DNA from: Chloroflexota bacterium
GTDB lineage: Bacteria; Chloroflexota; UBA11872; VXOZ01
Length of the DNA: 64,000 bases
Reading direction: 5' to 3'
Assembly: GCA_963662335.2 (NCBI GenBank)
Contig: CAXXVD010000003.1
Coordinates: forward strand, 448,001-512,000
The notes under the pieces were generated by a model. That model was not told the DNA's origin. It searched no databases and saw only the letters and a list, made by a program, of their open reading frames with translations. The position numbers and the translations under genes were made by a program. Position 1 is the first letter of the stretch; every line of letters begins with the position of its first letter. This document shows positions 48,882 through 59,101 of this stretch, one piece after another.

Positions 48882-50045
48882 TTATGCCGGATGCGGGCGG
48901 CTGAACGCGGCGTCGGGCGCGAGCGCAACGCCCCAGCCGGGCGCGTCGCTCAACTGCGCCTCGCCGTCTTGGGGCAGGGGTTCGCCTTTCAGAAAAGGAT
49001 GAATGGGCGCGATTGCCGTGCCGTCGCCGCTGCCAAAGATGAATTCGGCCATAGGACAGACCCCGTGCGCCGCCACGAAGTGGTAGGCCATCGCGCCGCC
49101 AATGTGGGGAATGACCTGCAGGCCGTGGGTTTCGGCCATGGCCGCCACGCGGCGCGCCACGGTGACGCCGCCGCACCAGGCGAGATCGGGTTGCAACACG
49201 TCGGCGCAGCCCTGCTTGATGAGTTCGTGAAAGCCGTAGTGGGTGTATTCGTGCTCGCCGCAGGCGATGTTGAGCCAGGGCAGACGTTTGCGCAAGGCGG
49301 CGTAACCGTCGTAATCGTCCGGCAGCAGCGGCTCTTCCAGCCAGTAGACGTCGTACTGCCGCAGGCGTTCCGCCATGGCGAGCGCGTACGGCACGTCCCA
49401 GCCCATCCAGGCGTCCACCATCAGCAGCATGTCCGGGCCGAGCGCATCGCGGGCAGCGGCGACTTGCGCCTCGTTGCGTCTCATGCCGTCGCGCCCATCG
49501 TGCGGGCCGTAGCGCATGAAGACCTTGTTGCGCGTAAAGCCCAGCGGCGGGTAGGCCTCGCTGCGGTTGCCGCTGGCGTAGAGGGGCACGCGCGGCGGCG
49601 CACCCTTGCCCGACCCGCGCGCGGCGCCGCCGAGCAGCGCGTAGACCGGTGCGCCGGCCGCCTGGCCTGCGATGTCCCAGAGCGCGTTGTCGATGGCGCT
49701 GAGCGCCATGATGGGCAGTCCCTTGCGCCCGTAGGGGAGCGTGGCGCGGAACATGAGGTCCCACAGCAGTTCCGTATCGCGCGGGTCCCGGCCGCGCAGC
49801 AGCGGTTTGAGGTGGCGTTCGATGATGTGGCAACTGGGCGCGCCGCCGCCGCCAATGCCGATTCCGCTAATGCCCTCGTCGGTAGTGACCCTGGCGATAG
49901 CGCGCGGTACCATGCCCTGCCACGAACTGCGGGTCTCGGCGTACTCCGGGTAGGCCGACATGGGGCTGGCCATGCGCTCCGCCACAAGCCAGCTAGGGCG
50001 CGTGGGCGCTTCCGGTATGAGGGCTTCGATTTCAACGATTTTCAT
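48882..50045 (-). CDS. Enolase-superfamily acid-sugar dehydratase (L-rhamnonate dehydratase-like)
   Basis: PYGRKGL, LMVDAWM, WLEEPL, GEHEYT, QPD and IPH. Confidence 0.9.
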   Translation of the reverse strand: MKIVEIEALIPEAPTRPSWLVAERMASPMSAYPEYAETRSSWQGMVPRAIARVTTDEGISGIGIGGGGAPSCHIIERHLKPLLRGRDPRDTELLWDLMFRATLPYGRKGLPIMALSAIDNALWDIAGQAAGAPVYALLGGAARGSGKGAPPRVPLYASGNRSEAYPPLGFTRNKVFMRYGPHDGRDGMRRNEAQVAAARDALGPDMLLMVDAWMGWDVPYALAMAERLRQYDVYWLEEPLLPDDYDGYAALRKRLPWLNIACGEHEYTHYGFHELIKQGCADVLQPDLAWCGGVTVARRVAAMAETHGLQVIPHIGGAMAYHFVAAHGVCPMAEFIFGSGDGTAIAPIHPFLKGEPLPQDGEAQLSDAPGWGVALAPDAAFSRPHPA

Positions 50046-50319
50046 GGATACCACCAGTACTCGTGCAGGCCGCGCAAGGGGGCAAGAAGAAGAGCGCGGC
50101 TCGTTGACCGCCACTGGGACTAATTGCTGTCATTCCGAGCGCAGCGAGGAATCTAGGGTCCATACGGCACGTAGATCTCCGCCAACGGCGCTGTAGATTC
50201 CTCACTGCGCTGCGCTCCGTTCGGAATGACATGACTACAGAGTCGATAGAGTCAATTGCGGGCAATATAGTCAAGCTCGGCCGACGGGCGGATAGTCCGG
50301 CATCGCCAAGAGCATTTGC

Positions 50320-51519
50320 CTACTCCCCCGTTCCCAGTCCCGCCGAGCCGGGCGCGGCGTCTTCCTTGCTTTCGTTTGTTGGATGCGGACGTTCCAGTTC
50401 GACCTCAGGCGCAAGGTCGTACCCCCAGCCGGGCGTTTCCGGCGGGCGCACCTGGCCGTTTTGCGGCAGCGGTTCGCCGCTGAAGAACGGCTGCACCGGC
50501 GCCAGTTCGCTGCCGTCGCCGGCGCGGAAGATGAACTCCACCAGCGGCGCGTTGCCGTGCGCGAGGCAAAAGTGGTAACTGGCGGTAGCGCCCACGTGGG
50601 GAATGACGTCGATGCCGTGGGGCTCGGCCATCTGCGCCGCGCGGTGGGCCTCGGTGATGCCGCCACACCAGGCGAGGTCGGGCTGCAAGATGTCGGCGCA
50701 GCCCCGTTGGATGAGCTCGTGGAACCCAAAGCGCGTGTACTCGTGCTCGCCGGTGGTGATGCGCGTCCAGGAGATGCGGCGGCGCAGTTCCGCGTAACCC
50801 TCGTAGTCGTCGGGCGGCAGCGCTTCCTCGATCCAGTAGACGTCGTAGGGGCGCAGGCGCTCGGCCATGCGCAGGGTGTAGGGCACGTCCCAGGCCATGT
50901 AGCAATCGAGCATCAGCAGCATGTCGGGACCCAGCGCCTCCCGCGCGCCGGCCACGTGCTCTTCGTTCAGCTTCATGCCCTCCACGCCGTCCCACGGGCC
51001 GTAGGGCATGGCGACCTTGTTGCCCACGAAACCCAGCGCCTCGTAGACCGCGGATTGGTTGCCGGTGGCGTAGACCGGGATTGCGGGCTTGGTGGCGCCG
51101 CCCAGCAGTTTGTAGACGGGCTGGCCGGCGGCCTTGCCCTTGATGTCCCACAGGGCGTTGTCCACGCCGCTGATCGCCATGAGCGGCAGCCCCTTGCGCC
51201 CGTAGGGCAGCGAGGCGCGGAACATCTGGTCCCAGAGGCGCTCCGTATCGCGGGGGTCCTGGCCGAGCAGCAGGCGCTTGAGGTGCTGCTCCACGATGAA
51301 GCAGGCCGGGTTGCCGCCGCCGCCCAGGCCGAGACCCTGCAGCCCGTCGTCGGTGGTGACGCGCACGATGATTGGCCCCAACGGCCCTTGCCACAACGCC
51401 CGCCGCGCGCCGTACTCGGCATAGCGCGACATGGGATTGGCCACCCGCACGTGGGAGAGCCAACTGGGCGGCTCTGGCGGCATGCGGGGAATGAAGGCTT
51501 GAACGTCGGTGATCTTCAC
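50320..51519 (-). CDS. Enolase-superfamily acid-sugar dehydratase, tandem paralog
   Basis: VANPMSRY, LMLDCYM, WIEEAL, TGEHEYTRFGF and QPD. Confidence 0.92.
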   Translation of the reverse strand: MKITDVQAFIPRMPPEPPSWLSHVRVANPMSRYAEYGARRALWQGPLGPIIVRVTTDDGLQGLGLGGGGNPACFIVEQHLKRLLLGQDPRDTERLWDQMFRASLPYGRKGLPLMAISGVDNALWDIKGKAAGQPVYKLLGGATKPAIPVYATGNQSAVYEALGFVGNKVAMPYGPWDGVEGMKLNEEHVAGAREALGPDMLLMLDCYMAWDVPYTLRMAERLRPYDVYWIEEALPPDDYEGYAELRRRISWTRITTGEHEYTRFGFHELIQRGCADILQPDLAWCGGITEAHRAAQMAEPHGIDVIPHVGATASYHFCLAHGNAPLVEFIFRAGDGSELAPVQPFFSGEPLPQNGQVRPPETPGWGYDLAPEVELERPHPTNESKEDAAPGSAGLGTGE

Positions 51520-51707
51520 GAGTTTGCCCCCTACTTTCGTCTCGTGCGCACGGCTTGGCGGTTCTACGTGTCCCCGGTAGTACCGTCTATGATAACCGGC
51601 AGGACGAGCGCGTGCCCACAGGGGGGCGCAAACGTGCTCTTTGGGTTAGGATTTGTACCAATTACCACGTTAGTTTCCGCAAATGTGTACAGGAGAGCAG
51701 GGAGAAC

Positions 51708-52247
51708 ATGCTCCTCTTGAAGCGCGCGCTTGTGCGTACGGCGCTCTTGATCCTCGGGTTGCATGCGCTTGGCTGCGGCGACCCCACCGCCGAATTGCTG
51801 GAAGGCATGGCGACGCGCGTCGCAGGTGAAGAAACGCCGCTGGCCTATGAAGCGGAGCTATGCGTCAACGATGCGCGCATTCGCGTGCTGGTGGCGGATA
51901 CGCCGGCGGAGCGGGCCGCGGGGCTGAGCGGCTACGCCGGTTTGCCGGCGGACGCGGGGATGCTGTTCGTCTTAGCCGAACCGGCGCGGCCGTCGTTCTG
52001 GATGAAGGGCATGGCGTTTGCCATTGACATAATTTGGATACGCGACGGGACGGTAACGCAAATTCATGGCGCGATTCCGCCTCCCGAAAGCGGCACGGCG
52101 GACGCCGACTTGCCCCGCTACGTGCCGGATGAACCGATCACCCATGTGCTGGAACTGCCGGCCGGCGCGGCGGCGCGCTACGGCATCACCGTCGGCGACC
52201 GCATTGCGCCGTGCGCAGGCGCAACGCCGGCGCCGGAAAGCAACTGA
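51708..52247 (+). CDS. DUF192-domain lipoprotein
   Basis: LGC lipobox; VADTPAERAAGL, GMLF, FWMK..AIDIIWI and VLELPAG. Confidence 0.9.
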   Translation: MLLLKRALVRTALLILGLHALGCGDPTAELLEGMATRVAGEETPLAYEAELCVNDARIRVLVADTPAERAAGLSGYAGLPADAGMLFVLAEPARPSFWMKGMAFAIDIIWIRDGTVTQIHGAIPPPESGTADADLPRYVPDEPITHVLELPAGAAARYGITVGDRIAPCAGATPAPESN

Positions 52248-52294
52248 ACGGGCGCAGGTTGCAAACCTGCGCTTCCGGAGAGGGGATGGCCGGG

Positions 52295-52927
52295 CTAATC
52301 CTGGTCGGCAAGGGCGTCTTTGGCGAGCACGTCCTTAGCGCCCGCTTGGTGGTTGGCGAGGCGGGCGAGGGTGAAGAGCAGGTCGGAGAGGCGGTTGAGG
52401 TAGACCAGGATGGGTTTGGCGATTTCCTCTTCTTGCGCGAGGGCCACGGCAATCCGTTCCGCGCGGCGGCAGACGGCGCGGGCGAGGTGGAGCGCGGCGG
52501 CGGCGGGCGTGCCGCCGGGGAGGACGAAGTCCGTGAGCGGCGGGAGCTCCGCATCCGCTTTGTCGATGGCGCTTTCCAGATCCGCCGCGTGCTCCGGCGT
52601 GATGCGGGGCACGGTATATGCGCGCGGCTCCTGGGGTGTGGCGACGTCCGCGCCCATGATGAAGAGTTCGCCCTGGATGCGCTGGAGTAGCGCCCTCACC
52701 CTAGCCCTCTCCCCCAGGTGAGGAGGCAAGAGCTCGCCCGCCGTGGACTCAAGCTGCGTGCTGGGGTCGGTTTCCGTGTCAGGCAGGCGCACAAGTGCCA
52801 AGCCCAACGCGGCGCTCAATTCATCGATTGTGCCGATGAGTTCCATGCGCAGCGCGTGTTTGGGGACGCGCGCGCCGCCAAAGAGGGAGGTCTCGCCGTC
52901 GTCACCGCCGCCGGTGTAGATGGGCAT
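52295..52927 (-). CDS. PduO-type cob(I)alamin adenosyltransferase
   Basis: IYTGGGDDGETSL, GTIDEL, FVLPGG, RAVCRRAER and YLNRLSDLLF. Confidence 0.95.
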   Translation of the reverse strand: MPIYTGGGDDGETSLFGGARVPKHALRMELIGTIDELSAALGLALVRLPDTETDPSTQLESTAGELLPPHLGERARVRALLQRIQGELFIMGADVATPQEPRAYTVPRITPEHAADLESAIDKADAELPPLTDFVLPGGTPAAAALHLARAVCRRAERIAVALAQEEEIAKPILVYLNRLSDLLFTLARLANHQAGAKDVLAKDALADQD

Positions 52928-53402
52928 GTAAAGCCTCTATCTGGTATGGGTTGCCTTTGGGTCTAAATGCGGAATTGCAGATGTCTACAAAATCGTTGAC
53001 ATACTTAGCGCTTAGAGCAGGAGGGTCGTTTACCGCGCGCGCCTGATGCACATGTCATTCCGAACGAAGCGTAGCGGAGTGAGGAATCTAGAGTGCCGAG
53101 CCTACTGATCTGCCTGTAGCATGGCCCTAGATTCCGCGAACACTGTTCGACGCTGCGCTCGGAATGACAGAGAATGGTGACACCCTCTCTAATAGGAAGC
53201 GGATTCTGTCAACGAATTGCCTGGCGCGCCCAATTCCACTCGCTCTTTGGAACCGTGCAAGCAGCCATGCCAGTCAGGCCACTGGATTCCGGCTTTCGCC
53301 GGAATGACGGTCTGTTCTTGCCGGCCGGAACCACCTTGCCGAAGCAAACTTTCAAAGAGTGGCGAGTGTAGCGCAGTCGGATGCTAAACGCATGGGAAAG
53401 CG

Positions 53403-54338
53403 CTACCCGTTGGAAGCGGCGCGGAGCATGTCGCGCATGGCCTGCACCAGGGCCAGGCCCTCGTCCCAGGGCCGTTGGAAGCAATTGCGGCCAAAGATGA
53501 AGCCGGTAGCGCCGGACTGCACCGCGATGCGCGCCTTTTCCAGGGCCTCTTCGTCGCTGGCGCGGGAACTGCCCGAAATCAGCACCAGCGTCTTCCCCGC
53601 CGACTGCACCGCCTTGGCCAGCGCCTCTTCCGCCGTGACCTGCATCGTGTCATACGGCGCGGGCGAGAGCTTGTCCTTCTCCGGGTCGATCTTGGGGATG
53701 TTTATCTTCACCACGTCCGCGCCGAGTTCTGAAGCCACGCGCGCGGCGTAGTCGATGGCGTAGAAGCTGTCGCGGCCGCCTTTGGCCTCCATGTGCTGGC
53801 CGCGCGGATAGGCCCACATGATCGTGGGCATGCCGAAGCGGTCGGCGTCCTGGCGCACCTGCCGCCACTGGGCGAAGTCCTCGTCCTGGCGCGACGAACC
53901 CATGTAGAGCGTGTAGCCGACGGCGTCGGCCCCCAAGCGCACGGCGTCTTCCACCGTGGCCTGGATGGGATTGAGCGGATCGTCGTCGGGCGGGATGTTC
54001 GTCTTGCCGTTCAGCTTCAGCACCAGCGGCATGCGGCCGGCGTAGGGGCGCATGTACTTCAGGGCCGTGCCGTACTGCAAGGCTACGCCCGAAAACCCGC
54101 CCTCCAGCGCCAGCCGCCAGATGTAGTCCGGGTCCAGCGCAGCGGGATTGTCGAAGAAGTCCACCGGCCCGTGCTCCATGCCGTGGTCCACCGGCAAGAG
54201 CATCATGGCGCCGTTGCCGGGGCCGTAGCCGTAGAGCAGCCGCTGCAAACGCGCGTGCTTGCCCGGGCTTAGTTCAAGATCGTCCAGCGTGACTCGTCTC
54301 ACCGCGGTCGAGTTTGCGTTGGCGACAGAGTCGGCCAT
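53403..54338 (-). CDS. DhnA/FbaB-type class I fructose-bisphosphate aldolase
   Basis: LPVDHGMEHGP, LKLNGKT, AVGYT, WAYPRG, GADVVK and FIFGRN. Confidence 0.92.
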   Translation of the reverse strand: MADSVANANSTAVRRVTLDDLELSPGKHARLQRLLYGYGPGNGAMMLLPVDHGMEHGPVDFFDNPAALDPDYIWRLALEGGFSGVALQYGTALKYMRPYAGRMPLVLKLNGKTNIPPDDDPLNPIQATVEDAVRLGADAVGYTLYMGSSRQDEDFAQWRQVRQDADRFGMPTIMWAYPRGQHMEAKGGRDSFYAIDYAARVASELGADVVKINIPKIDPEKDKLSPAPYDTMQVTAEEALAKAVQSAGKTLVLISGSSRASDEEALEKARIAVQSGATGFIFGRNCFQRPWDEGLALVQAMRDMLRAASNG

Positions 54339-54632
54339 GGTTGACCTCCTTATTGCACTACCGTGAAGGATGTCTTGGAGCGCACGCCCACCCTGCGCTC
54401 CCGGCTTCAGCGTCCACCGTTCCGCTTTCCCCTTTACTCTAGCATCTACACCGCTGCGGGAACGAGTCAGGCGGCGCGCTTGCGTCGCTTGGTCCGCCTC
54501 TTGGTAGCGCAGGATTGCAGCGTACGCCCGCATCGCGCCAAGCCGGACGATGGCAAATGGAAACGCGCCCATCGCTGCCGGTATTATTGATGTCTGGCAC
54601 GATAACATGCGCTACGGCAAGGAAGGGGCGCA

Positions 54633-55010
54633 ATGCAAAGCAACGAGAAGAATCAGCGGGCGGACGAATACTTGCAGACCAGCCATGTCTCTCTCCGGCA
54701 CGCGCAGCGCAGACTCGAGGCAGGCGACTTGCGCCAAGCCTCTGAAAGAGCCTGGGGCGCGGCGGCGCAGGCCGTGAAAGCGCTCGCCGAACAGAGAGGC
54801 TGGAAGCACTACACTCACGCGCACCTGTTCCAGCACGTAGACCGGTTTTCCGCTGAACTGGATAGCGCCGAACTCGGTAGGCTCTTCAGGAGCGCGAACT
54901 CCTTGCACGTCAACTTCTACGAGGGCGATCAGACGGACGTAGCCGTGCGCGGCGGCATCGAGGACGTGCGGCAGTTCGTGGGTAAGCTCGACGCCATCTT
55001 TGCGCGCTAG
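54633..55010 (+). CDS. PaREP1/HEPN-like protein
   Basis: GDLRQASERAWGAAA and ANSLHVNFYE. Confidence 0.85.
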   Translation: MQSNEKNQRADEYLQTSHVSLRHAQRRLEAGDLRQASERAWGAAAQAVKALAEQRGWKHYTHAHLFQHVDRFSAELDSAELGRLFRSANSLHVNFYEGDQTDVAVRGGIEDVRQFVGKLDAIFAR

Positions 55011-55274
55011 GGAAGGTCGCCTTCTCGTAGCCTGACCTTGGGCGAAAAACCTCGCAGAGGGTGGGCGATTGGCTCCCTGCCGCTCCCTTTCAATCGGGCG
55101 CTGCGCCTTTCGCGCCTGCGGCAATGTGCGCTGCTCTGTATCTTGGCAATAGTCTTAGCCCGTGCTATACTACCTGCGCCTAAGTAGGTATGACGCGGGA
55201 TTGTGTGTGTGATACACTGCTTGGCAGTTGAGTTGATGGACTCTATAAGCACGGTTTCATACAGGAGGAGACCG

Positions 55275-56663
55275 ATGGAGACCAAGTTTACCCGCAGGAT
55301 GCTCATCGGCACGGCGGGCGCGCTGGGCGGCGGCGCATTGTTTGCCGCTTGCGCCACGGGCGGCGCAATGGCCCCGGCGGATGATGCGCCGGCCGAGGAA
55401 GAGGGCGAGGCCGCGGCCGAACAGGACATGGGCCCCATGGAAGTCAAGTTCTGGACGTACCAGGACTTCCTGCTGGAAGGCCACATCGGCAACGTGCTGC
55501 TCAACGAGTTCCAGGAAGCCAATCCCAACGTCGAACTGTCGCTCACGCCGACCCACATCGGCAGCGGCAGCAAAGAGAAGCTGATCACCGCGGCCGCGGC
55601 CGGCGCGCCGCCGGACGTCTTCTACATGGACCGCTATCTGGCCGGCCAGCTTTCCGCGCCGGGCTTCCTCCTGAACCTGAACGACCACATCAAGGCGACG
55701 GCGGCGTTTAGCTGGGACGACATCTGGCCCAAGCTGCGGGACGACTGCACGTGGAAGGGCAACATCTACGGCGTGGGCCTGCACACCGACGCCCGCACGT
55801 ACATGTTCAACGCGGACCACTTCATCGAAGTGGGCCTGGATCCGGAAAGCCCGCCCACCACGTGGGATGAACTGGAATCGGCCACGCTCCTGCTCCACAA
55901 GGCGGGTCAGGACGGCGTGATCGAGCGGCTTGGCTACTCCACCGGCCCGCCAGGCAATCCGCCGGTCGGCTTGCAGTGGTACATCCACTTCTGGCAGCAG
56001 GGCGGCGAATACCTCACGCCCGACAATAAGAACGTCAACTTCGACAATGAGTTGGGCGTGAACGCGCTCAAGTTCATGATCAACATGGTCGACCTTTGCG
56101 GCGGCAACGTGCGCATCGACGAGTTCCTGGGCCAGCAGCGGCCCGATCGCAACGATGCCTTCACCACCGGCGGCGTTTCGCAGATGATCGGCGGCCACTG
56201 GTATGCCGCCACGTACCGCAAGGCGTGGGAATCGGCAATCAACTTCAAGTCGGCGCCGATGCCGCTGCCGCCGGACGGCGTGGCCACCAACTACCAGGGC
56301 GGCTGGGCGCTGGCGCAGCCCCAGGGCGCGGCCAATGCCGACGGGGGCTTCTCCCTCATCGAGTTCTTCTTGGACGGGGACGTCAACCTGCGCTGGTCGG
56401 TCGGCGCCGGCGACTACATTCCCGCGCTCCAGTCGGCGTCATTCGGCGGCTACCTGGAGCAGGTGCCTGAGGCTTCGGCCTACCTGGCGGAACTGGAACT
56501 GGCCAAGTGGGTGCCGGTTATCCCCGGCAACGATGAGATCATCGGCATCAACATCGACATCTGGTTCCGGGCCTACGCCAAGGAGATCACGCCCGAAGAG
56601 GCCAACAAGGAGCACGCCGACCGCGTGCAAGAGGTCCTCAACAAGTGGGCAGATCAACTGTAG
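55275..56663 (+). CDS. Carbohydrate ABC solute-binding lipoprotein (Tat), no adjacent permease
   Basis: TRRML with FAAC lipobox, AAGAPPDV and GLDPESPPTTWDEL. Confidence 0.9.
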   Translation: METKFTRRMLIGTAGALGGGALFAACATGGAMAPADDAPAEEEGEAAAEQDMGPMEVKFWTYQDFLLEGHIGNVLLNEFQEANPNVELSLTPTHIGSGSKEKLITAAAAGAPPDVFYMDRYLAGQLSAPGFLLNLNDHIKATAAFSWDDIWPKLRDDCTWKGNIYGVGLHTDARTYMFNADHFIEVGLDPESPPTTWDELESATLLLHKAGQDGVIERLGYSTGPPGNPPVGLQWYIHFWQQGGEYLTPDNKNVNFDNELGVNALKFMINMVDLCGGNVRIDEFLGQQRPDRNDAFTTGGVSQMIGGHWYAATYRKAWESAINFKSAPMPLPPDGVATNYQGGWALAQPQGAANADGGFSLIEFFLDGDVNLRWSVGAGDYIPALQSASFGGYLEQVPEASAYLAELELAKWVPVIPGNDEIIGINIDIWFRAYAKEITPEEANKEHADRVQEVLNKWADQL

Positions 56664-57336
56664 ACGGCGTACTTCGCTAGGCAGCGCCGCCGGCTCCCGG
56701 TTCCGTACGCGCGTACGGGACAGGCTGGGAGCGTGCCTGCCCTGAGTTTGTTGTAAGGATCGAGAAAGGTAGAACGCCACTCCCGCCGTTCGTGCTGAGC
56801 TTGTTGAAGCGCGAACGGCGGGAGTGGCGTTCTATTTTCACAAGCAAGTCACGTCTCATGGTCGTCACGCGCGTCGCAAGCCCAATGTTGTCGTGTTAAT
56901 CCGGTGCTTATGCCGTTCACCCTTCGACTTGGCGCAGGGCGAACGGCAAGAGCATGGGATCGTTGGCCTTGGGCGCTCTACCCCCCGTTCATACTTCGAC
57001 AGGCTCAGCACGAACGGGGGGGGGTAGAGCGCCACAACCGCTACTTCGTTTTCTTCCCCGTTCACCCTTCGGCAAACTCAGGATGAACGCCGCGACGAAG
57101 AATTTCGATTCGGGAGCATGTTGGATTTCTCGCTGCGCTCGGAATGACAGAAGCTGTTAATGCTGTCTCGCGGACAGGAATGTTCTCGACAAAGTGAGTC
57201 AACATTTATGGGAATAACATGAACCGCTACCTTGTAAAGACTGCAAGCCAAGATCTACTTATTCCCGCTTGCTCGTCGTTTGACTAGATAGTCTAATTTT
57301 CCTATAATAGTTTTCAATAATGAAAGGAGCGCAGGT

Positions 57337-58248
57337 ATGGATGACCCGCTGCCGGCAACGCCTGACTATACGATGGGCTTTAGCGAGGAATTCATCCATG
57401 CGCTGCGGCGGTTTACGGCGGATACGAGCGCCGCGCACCTCTTGCCCTGCCTCAGGCCCGGGCAGCGCTTGCTGGACTTTGGCTGCGGGCCGGGCACCAT
57501 CTCGTCGGGATTGGCCGGGGCGGTGGCTCCCGGCGAAATGCACGGCGTCGACATGGAAGAGTCCCAGGTGGAGTTGGCGCGTTCCGTCGCCCGGGCGCAT
57601 GGCCGCGACAACGCCCAGTTCCACGTTGGCGACGTGACGGACCTGCCGTTCGATGACGGCTACTTCGACGTTGCCCACTGCTCGAACGTGCTCATGCACG
57701 TGCCCGACACCGCCGCCGTGCTGGACGAGATAATGCGGGTCTTGAAGCCCGGCGGCATCCTGGCGTGCCGGGAGATGATCGTCGACGCCAGCTTCTCCCA
57801 TCCCACCCTTGGCGTTCTGGACAGAGCATGGGACATGTTCGCGGATCTCCTGATCGCCGACGACGGCCACCCGAATATGGGCAAGCGGTTGAAGAATCAC
57901 GTCGTGGCGGCCGGGTTTGCCAACGTGCGGATACAGTTGACGTTCGATTCATTCAGCGCGCCCGCGGACGTCATGTTCATCTACGGCGTGGCCCAGCAGT
58001 GGTTCTTGTCCCCGGAAATCACGGAAGCGGCCATCAAGTACGGCGCCTCCACGCGGGAACTCTGCGACAGCATCGGCGCCGCCTATGAGGATTGGCTCGC
58101 CCACCCCGGCGCTTTCGCCGCCGTTGCCTACGGCGAAGCCCTGGCCACCCGGCCGTCGTTTGACGGGGGGGGGGGGGGTACCTCCAAGCCCTCGAGGCGT
58201 GAGCGCCTCCCGGCTTCCCTGACACCGCCGACACTACCGCTATCGTAG
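57337..58248 (+). CDS. Class I SAM-dependent methyltransferase
   Basis: LLDFGCGPG, GDVTDLPF, FDVAH and RVLKPGG; tail runs through a G14 tract. Confidence 0.92.
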   Translation: MDDPLPATPDYTMGFSEEFIHALRRFTADTSAAHLLPCLRPGQRLLDFGCGPGTISSGLAGAVAPGEMHGVDMEESQVELARSVARAHGRDNAQFHVGDVTDLPFDDGYFDVAHCSNVLMHVPDTAAVLDEIMRVLKPGGILACREMIVDASFSHPTLGVLDRAWDMFADLLIADDGHPNMGKRLKNHVVAAGFANVRIQLTFDSFSAPADVMFIYGVAQQWFLSPEITEAAIKYGASTRELCDSIGAAYEDWLAHPGAFAAVAYGEALATRPSFDGGGGGTSKPSRRERLPASLTPPTLPLS

Positions 58249-58273
58249 CGCACCGCAAAGGAGCGTGCCACGT

Positions 58274-59101
58274 ATGGACGAACGACCGCCGGGAGCGCCC
58301 CCAAAAGCGGCGTATACGCGCGAGGAACTCTACAGTTTCGCACAGAAGTACAGCGCGGCATCCAGCGCCCGGCATCTGTTGCCGTTGCTCGGGCCGGGCC
58401 TGCGGCTGTTGGACTTTGGCTGCGGCCTGGGCACCATATCCACCGGCTTGGCCGACGCAATCGCGCCCGGCGAGTTGCACGGCGTCGACGTGGACGGCTG
58501 GCAGATTGAAATTGCGCGGTTCGTCGCGCGGGAGCGCGGCTGCCAGAACGCGCACTTCCAGGTGGGCGACGTGACCGACCTGCCGTTCGAGGACGACTTC
58601 TTCGATGTTGCCCACGGCCACAACGTGCTCATGCACGTGCCGGATACCGCCGCCGCCCTGGCCGAGTTGAAACGGGTCTTGAAACCCGGCGGCGTGCTGG
58701 CCTGCCGCGAGATGATCGTCGGCTCATGCTTTGGACATCCCGACTTTGGCGTCACGGCAAGTTCCTGGGAGATGTTCGCGGACATGATCGGGTCTGAAGA
58801 CGGCCATCCGCAGATGGGCAAGGACATGAAGGAACACATCGTTGCGGCCGGCTTCGAGAACCTCCGGGTTACGGCGTCGTTCGACACGTACAGCGCGCCG
58901 GCAGACGTAGCCTTCGCGTACGCCTTTGCCCTCAAGTGGTTCTTGTCGCGCGACTTTACGGACGCGGCGATCAAGTACGGGGCGACCACGGAGGAACTCG
59001 CCGCGAAGGTCCGCACCGCCCACGATAAGTGGAAAGACCATCACGGGGCGATTGCGGCCGTGGCGCATGGCGAGGCCATCTCCAATAAGCCCGCGGCCTA
59101 G
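58274..59101 (+). CDS. Class I SAM-dependent methyltransferase, tandem paralog
   Basis: Same motifs and extensive identity to the upstream gene. Confidence 0.92.
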   Translation: MDERPPGAPPKAAYTREELYSFAQKYSAASSARHLLPLLGPGLRLLDFGCGLGTISTGLADAIAPGELHGVDVDGWQIEIARFVARERGCQNAHFQVGDVTDLPFEDDFFDVAHGHNVLMHVPDTAAALAELKRVLKPGGVLACREMIVGSCFGHPDFGVTASSWEMFADMIGSEDGHPQMGKDMKEHIVAAGFENLRVTASFDTYSAPADVAFAYAFALKWFLSRDFTDAAIKYGATTEELAAKVRTAHDKWKDHHGAIAAVAHGEAISNKPAA

